Source of the DNA: Caldilineaceae bacterium
GTDB taxonomy: Bacteria > Chloroflexota > Anaerolineae > Caldilineales > Caldilineaceae
Assembly (NCBI GenBank): GCA_048499455.1
Contig: JASNZV010000006.1
Span: forward strand, 77,380-141,379
Direction of reading: 5' to 3'
DNA: 64,000 nt
The notes under the pieces are model-generated. The model had not been told where the DNA came from and ran no database searches. It worked only from the letters and a program-made list of their open reading frames with translations. The position numbers and the translations under genes were made by a program. This document shows, in pieces, positions 37,261 through 46,355 of the stretch (the first letter of the stretch is position 1; every line of letters begins with the position of its first letter).

Positions 37261-37478
37261 TTACAAGGGACGCGCCCAGGAGATGCTATCGATGCGTCAA
37301 CGGTTGACGAGTTGGGGGCATTCAGTTACAATGTTGATAAGCGGAGGGTACAGCAAGCTGTGGCATGATGCTGCCTTGGTCAAAGCGCTCCTCGACAACC
37401 TTTCTCCGCGATCAGCCGCCCGCAACAATACCGAGTATTGTCATATATTGTATACCAAATCACGGGCCCAGCCATGCT

Positions 37479-37500
37479 TGTTAACAACATTCTGTTAACA
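37479..37500. promoter_or_regulatory. Two copies of the 8-bp palindrome TGTTAACA upstream of the binding-protein gene
   Basis: TGTTAACA at 37479-37486 and 37493-37500 (14-bp period), 56-77 bp upstream of the ATG at 37556. Confidence 0.35.
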
Positions 37501-37555
37501 AATGGCGGTTATCCTGTCCCCTGTCTCACTCGATCTTCACTTGCAAAGGAGAATC

Positions 37556-39130
37556 ATGATGAAATCTGCCATGCATGTCTGGATAAGGGCGATACTGCTC
37601 GGACTGATGCTTGCGCTGTCCTTGGCGGCCTGCGCCGCGCCGGCGGCTGTCCCCACCACGGGTGAACAGCCCGCAGCGGCGCCGGCTGGGCCCACGGGCC
37701 GGCTCACCATCGGCCTCACTACCGACATCGCCACCGTCGAGTTGCCCTATGCGCCCGAACGCCAATCCACCAACGCGGCGCAGACGCTCTATGACACGAT
37801 TGTCTTCGCCGAGGCCGATGGCGCCTACTCCCCCATGTTGGCCGAAAGCTGGACAGTCTCGGACGATGGTACGACCTACACCTTTAAGCTGCGCGAGGGG
37901 GTGACCTTTCACAACGGTGAGCCGCTCACCGCCGAGGCCGTGGTCTACAGTTGGGAGGTCTACAGCCAGCCCGAAGTGACCTACGCCAGCAACTGGACGA
38001 TTGCCGACCGCGTCACCGCGATCGATGACTACACGGTGGAAATCGCCACCGATGAGCCAAACGCCCTGCTCCTCTCCTACCTCTCCGGTTGGTCGATCAT
38101 CCCGCCGCAGCACCACGCCGAGGTAGGCAAAGAGGCGTTTGCCCAGGCGCCGGTCGGTTCGGGCCCGTTTATGTTCAAAGAGTGGATCCGGGGTGAGCGG
38201 CTGGTTGTGGTGGCCAACCCCAACTACTGGCGCGAGGGCTACCCCAAACTGGCCGAGGTGGTCTTCCGCTTCATGCCCGAATCGGCCACGCGTGTGGCCG
38301 CCGTGCAGACAGGCGAGATCGACGTCGCCCCACGCCTGAGCGCCGAAGAGGCCGACACCATCCGCGGCGCATCCGGGCTGACGGTGCTAACGTACCCCGT
38401 GGATCGGGTCTATTACGTCGCATTCAACAACATGACCACCGGGCTCGACACACCGATCATGGATGTCAACGTGCGCCGGGCGCTGGCCCACGCGGTGGAT
38501 GTGCAGACGATCATCGACACCATCTTTAGCGGTTACGCCACTCGCGCCGTGGGCTTTGTGGCCGCCGGCAACTTGGGGCACACCCCGGTAGACCCGGTGG
38601 CCTATGACCCCGACCTGGCCAAACAGCTCCTCGCCGACGCCGGCTATCCCGATGGCTTCACCATCGGCATGGCCTGCCCGCAGGCCGCCTACCCCAGCAT
38701 CAACGAGGTCTGTCAGGCGATTCAGGGCTATCTTAGCGATGTGGGCGTCAACGCCGAACTTGACCTAATGGAGGCCAACGCCTTTTGGGATCGAGAGGCC
38801 GCCAAAGAATTGCCCCCCCTCTTTGTCGATAGCTGGTCGCTGACGATTGGCGAATCTTACCCGCGCATGCTCGGCGCGCTGGGCAAAGACCAGAGCTACG
38901 CCAACTGGGACGACCCCGCGATCCACGACATGCTCAACCAGATCATCACCACCGTCGATGTGGAGGCGCGAGCGCAGTTATACGGCGACCTGCAAGCCTA
39001 CATCATCGAACAGCAGCCCTTTATCTTCCTATACATGCCCCAGGCCTTTGAAGGCGTCACCACGCGTGTGCAGAACTATCAGCCGCGCGGCGCCGAAAAT
39101 TACTTCCTGTGGGATGTGTCGGTGGAGTAA
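37556..39130 (+). CDS. ABC substrate-binding lipoprotein, family 5 (peptide/nickel type)
   Basis: Start set at MMKSAMHVWIRAILLGLMLALSLAAC (lipobox), with AAAGGAG upstream. Family-5 core VTFHNGEPLTAEAVVYSW. Confidence 0.9.
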   Translation: MMKSAMHVWIRAILLGLMLALSLAACAAPAAVPTTGEQPAAAPAGPTGRLTIGLTTDIATVELPYAPERQSTNAAQTLYDTIVFAEADGAYSPMLAESWTVSDDGTTYTFKLREGVTFHNGEPLTAEAVVYSWEVYSQPEVTYASNWTIADRVTAIDDYTVEIATDEPNALLLSYLSGWSIIPPQHHAEVGKEAFAQAPVGSGPFMFKEWIRGERLVVVANPNYWREGYPKLAEVVFRFMPESATRVAAVQTGEIDVAPRLSAEEADTIRGASGLTVLTYPVDRVYYVAFNNMTTGLDTPIMDVNVRRALAHAVDVQTIIDTIFSGYATRAVGFVAAGNLGHTPVDPVAYDPDLAKQLLADAGYPDGFTIGMACPQAAYPSINEVCQAIQGYLSDVGVNAELDLMEANAFWDREAAKELPPLFVDSWSLTIGESYPRMLGALGKDQSYANWDDPAIHDMLNQIITTVDVEARAQLYGDLQAYIIEQQPFIFLYMPQAFEGVTTRVQNYQPRGAENYFLWDVSVE

Positions 39131-39137
39131 CTCAAGA

Positions 39138-39184
39138 CAGGATACGGAATTCGAGATAGAGCACTATCTGAATCCCGTATCCTG
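39138..39184 (+). other. Long intercistronic hairpin between the binding-protein and permease genes
   Basis: CAGGATACGGAATTCGAGATAG, loop agca, CTATCTGAATCCCGTATCCTG. About 20 bp with one mismatch and one bulge. No U-tract. Confidence 0.6.
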
Positions 39185-39202
39185 AATCTTCTATCCCAAC
39201 CC

Positions 39203-40120
39203 ATGTCTCGCCATCTTCTTGCCAGCCTCGGCCAGGCGGCGCTCGTAATGCTGGGCGTCTTTGTGCTCGTCTTTGTCATGGTGCGGCTCACCGGCGACCC
39301 GGCGCGCGCCATGTTGGCGCGCGAGGCCGGCCCCGAACAGGTAGAAGCGTTGCGCCGCCAACTGGGCTTTGACCGCCCGATCTTTGTGCAATTTGTCGAT
39401 TCGCTGGGCAAAACGTTGCGGGGCGATTTTGGCAACTCGCTTCACTATCGGACGCCCGCCCTGCCACTTGTCTTGGAACGGCTGCCCGCCACGCTGGAAC
39501 TGGCCTTTGTGGGTCTCATCTTTGCGCTGGTCATCGCCGTGCCGATTGGGCTCTGGGGGGGCGCCCGCCCCGGCTCGCCGGTAGACGTGGTGGGGCGCAC
39601 CATCGGCCTGCTTGGGCAGACGACCCCCGCCTACTGGCTGGGTCTGGTGATGATCATCGTCTTCGCCGTCCAGTTGCGCTGGTTTCCCACCTCGGGGCGG
39701 ACGGGGCCAACGTCCGTCGTCATGCCGGCGTTGGCATTGGCGCTGCCCACCATGGGCCGGCTGGTGCGGCTTACCCGCTCGGCGGTTATGGAGATCATGG
39801 GCGAGGATTATGTGCGGACTGCGCGGGCCAAGGGTCTCTCAAACCGGACGGTCTTCTATCGGCATGTGTTGCGCAACGCCGGTATCCCGTTGATCAGCGT
39901 CATCGGCATCCAGTTTGGCTATATGCTGGGCGGCTCGGTGATCATCGAGAGCGTCTTTGCCTGGCCGGGGCTGGGGCGGCTGGCGGTGGACGCCATCTCC
40001 ATTCGCGACTTCCCACTGGTGCAGGCCATCGCCATCTTCGCCAGCCTCGTCGTGGTCGTGCTCAACATGCTCACCGACATCGCCTATTCGTTTATCGACC
40101 CGCGGATTCGTTATGAATAA
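39203..40120 (+). CDS. ABC transporter permease (DppB type)
   Basis: BPD_transp_1 fold with YVRTARAKGLSNRTVFYRHVLRNA. Confidence 0.9.
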   Translation: MSRHLLASLGQAALVMLGVFVLVFVMVRLTGDPARAMLAREAGPEQVEALRRQLGFDRPIFVQFVDSLGKTLRGDFGNSLHYRTPALPLVLERLPATLELAFVGLIFALVIAVPIGLWGGARPGSPVDVVGRTIGLLGQTTPAYWLGLVMIIVFAVQLRWFPTSGRTGPTSVVMPALALALPTMGRLVRLTRSAVMEIMGEDYVRTARAKGLSNRTVFYRHVLRNAGIPLISVIGIQFGYMLGGSVIIESVFAWPGLGRLAVDAISIRDFPLVQAIAIFASLVVVVLNMLTDIAYSFIDPRIRYE

Positions 40121-41051
40121 TCCATTCCTGCTCCTCTCTGTGTTGGCTCCAACGGGTGAAATGACGAATGGCGCAGCCGGGGGCAGGTCATGGTTGCGCG
40201 AGTTCGCCCGGCTGCTCGCCCGCGACCGGGGCGGTGTGATCGGGTTGACGCTCTTTCTGTTGGTCATCTTCAGCGCGCTCTTCGCCCCCTGGTTGGCCCC
40301 CCATGACCCACTCCGCCAGGACCTGCGCGCCAGCCGCATGCCGCCAGCGTGGATGGAAGGGGGCGACTGGTCGCACCCGCTGGGCACCGACACGCTGGGC
40401 CGCGACCTCTTCAGCCGCATTCTCTATGGCAGCCGCGTCTCGTTGACGGTGGGCTTCTTTGGCGTGCTCATCGCCGGCGCGATTGGGCTGACGGTGGGCC
40501 TCTTCTCCGGCTATGTCGGCGGCCGTGTCGATGCCGCGATCATGACGGGGGTCAACATTGTGTTGGCGCTGCCCTATCTGCTCTTTGTGGTCTTTATCGC
40601 CGGCATCCTGGGGCGCAGCCTCTTCAACGTGATCCTCATCTTTGGCATTACCGATGCGCCGATCTTTGTGCGCGTCGTACGGGGCGAGGTCTTTCGCATC
40701 CGCAAGTCGGTCTATGTCGAGGCGGCGGAAAGCGTTGGCGTCAAGCAGGGGCGCATCCTCTACGAGCACATTCTGCCCAATCTGCTCGGCCCCTTTCTCA
40801 CCGTCGCAACTTTCGAAATGTCGGCCATGATCCTTTATGAGGCGGGGCTGGGCTTTTTGGGGCTGAGCGTGCCGCCCGACGTGCCCAGTTGGGGCAACAT
40901 GCTCGAAGCGGGCCGCCAACACCTCCAGCGCTTCTGGTGGATCGCCACCTTCCCCGGGCTGGCCATCATGATCACCTCGCTGGGCATGAACCTGCTGGGC
41001 GACTGGCTGCGCGATGCGCTCGACCCCCGCCTGCGCCGGCTGCACAAGTAA
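40113..41051 (+). CDS. ABC transporter permease (DppC type)
   Basis: Start set at the ATG at 40113 (MNNPFLL), overlapping the upstream stop by 8 nt. Contains YVEAAESVGVKQGRILYEHILPN. Confidence 0.88.
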   Translation: MNNPFLLLSVLAPTGEMTNGAAGGRSWLREFARLLARDRGGVIGLTLFLLVIFSALFAPWLAPHDPLRQDLRASRMPPAWMEGGDWSHPLGTDTLGRDLFSRILYGSRVSLTVGFFGVLIAGAIGLTVGLFSGYVGGRVDAAIMTGVNIVLALPYLLFVVFIAGILGRSLFNVILIFGITDAPIFVRVVRGEVFRIRKSVYVEAAESVGVKQGRILYEHILPNLLGPFLTVATFEMSAMILYEAGLGFLGLSVPPDVPSWGNMLEAGRQHLQRFWWIATFPGLAIMITSLGMNLLGDWLRDALDPRLRRLHK

Positions 41052-41087
41052 TCATCATCTGGACTCTGGGATACGTTCTAGACCTTG

Positions 41088-42263
41088 ATGCACCGCCTCG
41101 CCACCCTCGACCGCGACCTGTTGCTGATCTTCGTGAGCGTTATGCTCTGGGGTTTCGGTCTGTTCCTCTACACCTATGTGCAGCCGCTCTATATCACGCA
41201 ACTGGGCGCCACGCCCGAACAGGTCGGGCTGACGCTGGGTATCGGCAGCCTGCTCGTCGCCTTCTTTTATGCGCCGATTGGACTCTGGGCCGACCGACGG
41301 GGGCGAAAGTCGGTCATCCTCACCGGCTGGACGTTGGGGACGCTGGCCGGCTTTGGCTTTGCCTTGGCGCCCGACTGGCGCTGGTTCGCGCCGGCCATGG
41401 CGGTCTATACCCTCTCCAACTTTGCTGTTTCGGTGCTCAACGGCTATATCATTGCCAAAGCGCCCACCGCCGAGCAGCGCGGGCTGATCTTTGCGCTGCT
41501 CTCCAGCGGGTCGGCAGTGGGCAGCATCCTCGCCCCGGCCATCGGCGGGTGGATCGGCGAGCGCTATGGCTTGCGCGCCGTCTATTTTGCCGCGGCGGGC
41601 ATCTATACGCTCTCTACAATCGCCATCGCGCTCATCCGCCCGCAACCGGCGGACCCGCAGACGAGCACCGGCGACGCGCTCCGCCTGTTGCGCAGCGGGA
41701 CGGTGCTCAAATATATCGGATTGGTCTTTGCGCTCTTTTTTGCCGTCGATGTGGGGCAGATTCTGGCCCCTAAGTATCTGCAAGAGGTACGCGGGTTGAA
41801 CCTGCACCAGATCGGCTGGCTGGGCACGGCGTCGGCGGTAGGGGTCATGGCGCTCTCATTGGGGCTGAGCCGGCTGCCGGGCGCCGGCCGTTGGGGCCTG
41901 TTGTGGAGCCAGGCGGCGGCCTGGGTGGGGGTGGCGCTCATGGCGGTGGCGCCGGGGATGGCCGTGTTGCTGGTTGCCTTCTTTATCAGCGGCAGCAACC
42001 GGCTCGTGCGCCCGCCGACGCTGGTGCGTTTTGCCCAACTGCTCACACCCACCACCATGAGCTTTGGCATGGGGCTGCAACAGACTGCATCACAGTTAGG
42101 ACTTTCGCTCTCGCCCTTTGTGGCCGGGCTACTCTATGCCCGTAACCCCAGTTGGCCGTTTCTCGTTGGCCTCTTCGCCCTCACCGTGACCATCACCCTC
42201 ACAGCGCGAATGTCGCCGCCGTCGCGTCATGCGCGAGAGTCGGTTTCAGAGCAGGTGTCATGA
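41088..42263 (+). CDS. MFS transporter
   Basis: Twelve predicted TM helices and an MFS loop motif GLWADRRGRK. Confidence 0.85.
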   Translation: MHRLATLDRDLLLIFVSVMLWGFGLFLYTYVQPLYITQLGATPEQVGLTLGIGSLLVAFFYAPIGLWADRRGRKSVILTGWTLGTLAGFGFALAPDWRWFAPAMAVYTLSNFAVSVLNGYIIAKAPTAEQRGLIFALLSSGSAVGSILAPAIGGWIGERYGLRAVYFAAAGIYTLSTIAIALIRPQPADPQTSTGDALRLLRSGTVLKYIGLVFALFFAVDVGQILAPKYLQEVRGLNLHQIGWLGTASAVGVMALSLGLSRLPGAGRWGLLWSQAAAWVGVALMAVAPGMAVLLVAFFISGSNRLVRPPTLVRFAQLLTPTTMSFGMGLQQTASQLGLSLSPFVAGLLYARNPSWPFLVGLFALTVTITLTARMSPPSRHARESVSEQVS

Positions 42264-42380
42264 CCTGTGGTCACCCATACCAATGAAAATAGGCGCGTAC
42301 AGCAGGAACACGGAGAGCGTCGAGGAGACACAGAGCACACCGAGGTTTTTCTCTGTATGCTCTGTGTAGTCTGTGCGCGC

Positions 42381-42491
42381 TGGTATGATGGGTGCACAGC
42401 GCCGAACTCTGTGCATCTGGTATGATGGGTGCACAGCGCCGAACTCTGTGCATCTGGTATGATGGGTGCACAGCGCCGAACTCTGTGCATC
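42381..42491. repeat. Perfect head-to-tail tandem repeat, 3 x 37 bp
   Basis: TGGTATGATGGGTGCACAGCGCCGAACTCTGTGCATC at 42381, 42418 and 42455. Each unit contains the hairpin TGCACAG (9 nt) CTGTGCA. Confidence 0.9.
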
Positions 42492-42555
42492 TCTGTGTTA
42501 CGCTGTTTGTCGTAGTTTTCAGCGTAACGCGATCACAGCCAAGCGCACCGCCACC

Positions 42556-43953
42556 TTATTTTGGCAGCGGTGCGGCCAGATGGTCACGCGGCTGGCGTAC
42601 AATGGCGTCCGTCATGCGGGCGGCGCGCACCGCGCCGCGCACATCATGCACGCGGATGATGTCGGCGCCGCGGTCGATGGCCAACACGCAGGTTGCCAAC
42701 GTGCCCTCAACGCGCTCTTCGGGCGGCAGCCCGCCCAAGACAGCCCCAATAAACCGCTTGCGCGATGGGCCAAAGAGTAGCGGATAGCCCCCTTCGCGCA
42801 GCCCATCGAGCCGGTCGATCAGCTCCAGTTGTTGCTCCAGCGTCTTGCCAAAACCCAGCCCCGGGTCGGCGATAAGCAGCCAGCGCGGCAGCCCCAACCC
42901 CTGCGCCAGCGCCATGCTCTGCGCCAATTCGTCGGCAATGTCACCAATAATGTCATCATACGCGCCCGGCGGCCCAAAAGGAAGCGACATCACCCGCGCG
43001 CGATAGGCCGCCTCCTCCGGCGCGGCCCGGTTGTGCATCACCACAAGGGGGACGCCAGCCTCTGCGGCCAGCCGTGCAAGCCCGCGGTCATACCGCAGAC
43101 CCCACACATCGTTGATGAGATGGGCGCCGGCGGCCAATGCAGCCTGCGCCACCTCACTGCGAAACGTATCCACCGAAATCGGCGCGTCCACTGCCTCGGC
43201 CAACGCGCGAACCACGGGGATCACGCGCGCCATCTCCTCCTCTACCGGGATCAGGGCATGGCCGGGCCGGGTGGACATGCCGCCCACGTCGATGCAGTCG
43301 GCGCCATCGGCCACAAAGCCCTGCGCCTGCGCAACCGCATTCGCCACGATTTGCTCCGTTGGGTGCTGGTTGACCGCCAGGCCATCACCCGAAAACGAGT
43401 CGGGGGTTACGTTGACAATACCCATGACATAGGTTTTGGCGCCCCACGTCCACAGATGCTGGCCCAGCGGCATCACGCGCGGCAACGGCGGCGCCTTGAG
43501 CGCCGAAAGCAGGTCGCGCATGGTCAGCCCGATCAGTGGGTGGGTCAGGTTGGGGGCAATATCGCAGAGCGGCTCCAGCACAAAGTCTCGTTCGGGCAGG
43601 CGGGGGTGGGGCAACGTCAGGTCGGGCGTGTCGATCTGCACCCGATCATAAAAGAGAATATCGAGATCGATGATGCGTGGCCCATAGCGCAGCGACCGCA
43701 CGCGGCCCATCGCCGCCATGGTCGCCTCCAGCGCGGCGAGTAAATCGGTCGGTGAGAGTTGGGTGGTCACCCGGCAGACGGCGTTGAGAAACTTGGGTTG
43801 GTCGGTGACATAGGCTGGCGGCGTTTCATAGAGAAACGAGGTGGCCTCGATGTTGGTGTAGGCGCGCAGCTCGCGCAGCGCAGTATGGAGATGGGCGGCC
43901 CGGTCACCCAGGTTGCTGCCCAGGGCCAGATAGACAATGTGTGGCTTGGTCAT
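42556..43953 (-). CDS. Bifunctional HPPK (FolK) and dihydropteroate synthase (FolP) fusion
   Basis: The N-terminal ~160 aa are HPPK (IVYLALGSNLGDR..GPRIIDLDIL..LPHPR). The C-terminal part is DHPS (VMGIVNVTPDSFSGDG..DVGG.STRPG..). Confidence 0.88.
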   Translation of the reverse strand: MTKPHIVYLALGSNLGDRAAHLHTALRELRAYTNIEATSFLYETPPAYVTDQPKFLNAVCRVTTQLSPTDLLAALEATMAAMGRVRSLRYGPRIIDLDILFYDRVQIDTPDLTLPHPRLPERDFVLEPLCDIAPNLTHPLIGLTMRDLLSALKAPPLPRVMPLGQHLWTWGAKTYVMGIVNVTPDSFSGDGLAVNQHPTEQIVANAVAQAQGFVADGADCIDVGGMSTRPGHALIPVEEEMARVIPVVRALAEAVDAPISVDTFRSEVAQAALAAGAHLINDVWGLRYDRGLARLAAEAGVPLVVMHNRAAPEEAAYRARVMSLPFGPPGAYDDIIGDIADELAQSMALAQGLGLPRWLLIADPGLGFGKTLEQQLELIDRLDGLREGGYPLLFGPSRKRFIGAVLGGLPPEERVEGTLATCVLAIDRGADIIRVHDVRGAVRAARMTDAIVRQPRDHLAAPLPK

Positions 43954-43964
43954 GGTTGATCGTG

Positions 43965-45188
43965 TTAGCAGCCAGGCAATGGGTTCTTTTCAAGCCAGAT
44001 GAGGCTGGCGCCTACGGGCACGTTGACCCTTTTTACGGAACGCAAGAAATCTTCGATGCCCAAGAGAAATGGGATCAGATATTCCGGCGTGCTGGCCTTG
44101 CCCATGTGCCCTATGCGCAATACCTTACCCGCCAGTTCGCCGCCCGCGCCCGACACAAAGTAGCCATGCTTCTGCAAGAGGAACTTGCGCAGATCTTCGT
44201 CGTTCTCCATCGTCGGGTGCTTGCAGACGGTAGTAATGGTGAACGATGCGTGGGCGTCATCCACCAGCATCTCGAAACCGATGTTGCGCAGGCCGTGACG
44301 GGTCGCCTGTTGCGCCCAGGCATAGCGCGCCCAGTGCCCTTGCAACGTTTCGCGATGCAGAATGCGCTTGAGACTGGTGTTGAGCGCCGCGATCAAGCCT
44401 GTGGCCTGGGTGGTGGGTGAGGGCGCCGGCGGCAGTTCACCCGCCGGCCGCGCACTGCGCCATGACATGCGCGCCGTGCCGTCGCGGTAGGCCTTCCAGA
44501 CCGACAGGTTGTGATACCAGCCCCGGTGCGACCGCTCCTTCTTCTCATCGATGAGCGCCCACGCCCGCGGGCTGACAGACATGATCCCCAGCCCCGGCGG
44601 CACCTCGAGCGCCTTGTTCGACGAAGTGCAGACCAGGTCCAGATCCCAGGCGTCCACCGGCAGGTTGTAGCCGCCCATGCCCGAAATGGCGTCGACAAAG
44701 ATGGGCAGATCTCGTTCGTGGGCGGCCTCGGCCAGCGCCTGCACCGGGTTGCGAACACCCGTGCCCGTCTCGTTGGCCACCACAGTGACGCCGGCGATAT
44801 CGGGCTGCTGCCTGAGCAGATCGCGTACATGGTTTACATCCACCGGCGTTCCCCACGTCGAAGTCACTTCGATGACTTCAAAACCATAATGGCGCATGAT
44901 CTCGTTCTTGCGATTGGCAAAGGGGCCATTGCTCACCGCCGCGATCTTTTCGCCGGGGGCAAAGAGGCTGGCGACGCTCGTCTCCACTGCGCCCGACCCC
45001 GGCGAGGTCTGGATGGCGATGTCGTTGGTGGTCTGAAAGACCTTTTGCAGCATCTCGACCGTCTCCCAATAAAGGGGCGACCATTCGGCGCTGTAACTGG
45101 GCCATACCTGCTCGGCGAGTGTGTCGAGCGTTTCGTCAAAAATATCAACCGGGCCGGGGATCATCAACTTCATCTGTGGTTGGGCCAT
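43965..45188 (-). CDS. Class V PLP-dependent aminotransferase (AGXT/PhnW-like)
   Basis: MIPGPVDI N-terminus and SSNKALEVPPGLG (PLP-binding Lys context). Confidence 0.8.
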   Translation of the reverse strand: MAQPQMKLMIPGPVDIFDETLDTLAEQVWPSYSAEWSPLYWETVEMLQKVFQTTNDIAIQTSPGSGAVETSVASLFAPGEKIAAVSNGPFANRKNEIMRHYGFEVIEVTSTWGTPVDVNHVRDLLRQQPDIAGVTVVANETGTGVRNPVQALAEAAHERDLPIFVDAISGMGGYNLPVDAWDLDLVCTSSNKALEVPPGLGIMSVSPRAWALIDEKKERSHRGWYHNLSVWKAYRDGTARMSWRSARPAGELPPAPSPTTQATGLIAALNTSLKRILHRETLQGHWARYAWAQQATRHGLRNIGFEMLVDDAHASFTITTVCKHPTMENDEDLRKFLLQKHGYFVSGAGGELAGKVLRIGHMGKASTPEYLIPFLLGIEDFLRSVKRVNVPVGASLIWLEKNPLPGC

Positions 45189-45750
45189 GATTTCTCCATT
45201 CGTGCTCCAATATGCTCATGATCAAATCATCGCGCCAGACGCCGTCGATCAATGCGCTGTCGCGTTCGATGCCCTCGCGCACAAAACCGCACTTTGCATT
45301 GCTGGCGATCGCCCGCTGGTTGACGGCCAATACCCGCAGATCGACCCGGTGCAACTGGAGTGTATCGAAGGCGTAGGCCAGCACCAGGCGAGTGGCTTCG
45401 GTTCCATAGCCATACCCCCAGCGGGCAGCGTCAAAGATGCCAATTGCATAGCGCGCCCGCCGATCGTGTTCGTTGAACGAGTGGAGCCGGGCGTTGCCGA
45501 TGCAGCGGCCATCGACATCGATGATCCAACTGTGCGGTGATTGCGCCACATCAGTATACCACCGTTGCACCTTTTCGGGCGTAAGCGGGGCGAGATTGTG
45601 GGTGTCACCGCCTACCAGGAAGACGAATTCCGGGTCGCGGCCCAAAGCCAGGCGATCCGCCTTGTCGCGCGAGATGGGCGGGCGCAGACGAACGCGCTCG
45701 CCTTGCAACGTTGGCCGCGCCACGACAGGCGGATCGGCGTGGCTACTCAT
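45145..45750 (-). CDS. GNAT N-acetyltransferase (RimJ/RimL-like)
   Basis: Start set at MSSHADPP. Acetyltransferase core ..RWGYGYGTEATRLVLAYAFDTLQLHRVDLRVLAVNQRAIASNAKCGF.. Confidence 0.8.
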   Translation of the reverse strand: MSSHADPPVVARPTLQGERVRLRPPISRDKADRLALGRDPEFVFLVGGDTHNLAPLTPEKVQRWYTDVAQSPHSWIIDVDGRCIGNARLHSFNEHDRRARYAIGIFDAARWGYGYGTEATRLVLAYAFDTLQLHRVDLRVLAVNQRAIASNAKCGFVREGIERDSALIDGVWRDDLIMSILEHEWRNHGPTTDEVDDPRPG

Positions 45751-46243
45751 CTGCGGCCAGCTCGTCGGATTGTTCGTCCCACACCCAAAAGCCAGTCCCG
45801 GCCGGCGAAAAATCTGCCCACGCCGCGCTGTTGCCCGGCGTCTCTGTATTTGCCATGACCCAATCCGCGCCAAAGGTGGCGGCGCAAATCGAGTCGCCGG
45901 CCTGCTGGCTGGGTAGTTGGCAAAAGGCGACCGGCGCTGTGAGCATAAATGGGGGCTCTTGTCGCACACCCGCGGCGTACTCGACCAGGGCGCGATCACC
46001 GGTGCAGAGCAACGGTAACTGAGGCGCTTCCGGGCAATCGGCGGCGGAAATGGACCTCTCGTCGACGGCTGGCGTCACCGGGATCGGCGCAATCTCTACC
46101 GCGACCACCGGTGGCGGCGGCCCTCCCGTGGGGCTGTACGCGACGCCAAGCCAGAGCGCCAGTGGCGCAACCAGCGGCGCAACCGGAGCTTTGCAGCCGG
46201 TCAACAGGATTGCGGCCAGGGTGCACATAACGATTCGAGTCAA
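45743..46243 (-). CDS. Hypothetical lipoprotein
   Basis: Lipobox LLTGC. The rest matched no family I recognise. An 8-nt overlap joins it to the GNAT gene start. Confidence 0.6.
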   Translation of the reverse strand: MTRIVMCTLAAILLTGCKAPVAPLVAPLALWLGVAYSPTGGPPPPVVAVEIAPIPVTPAVDERSISAADCPEAPQLPLLCTGDRALVEYAAGVRQEPPFMLTAPVAFCQLPSQQAGDSICAATFGADWVMANTETPGNSAAWADFSPAGTGFWVWDEQSDELAADE

Positions 46244-46355
46244 GATTCACTCCTCCCATAGCAATGGCGAACGAGCAGGCGCAAGGGGTAAAGCGGGAAC
46301 ACATTCTTTCGGGGTCTCTGCGTATCCCTCTGCTCCAGCTTATACCCGTGTGCCG

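Noticed and set aside
40188-41807. 285-aa and 250-aa ORFs antisense to the permease and MFS genes
   Set aside because: Charged, low-complexity translations opposite clear membrane-protein genes.
42381-42491. Possible CRISPR array (three identical 37-bp direct repeats)
   Set aside because: The units abut head to tail with no spacers. There are no cas genes in the window.
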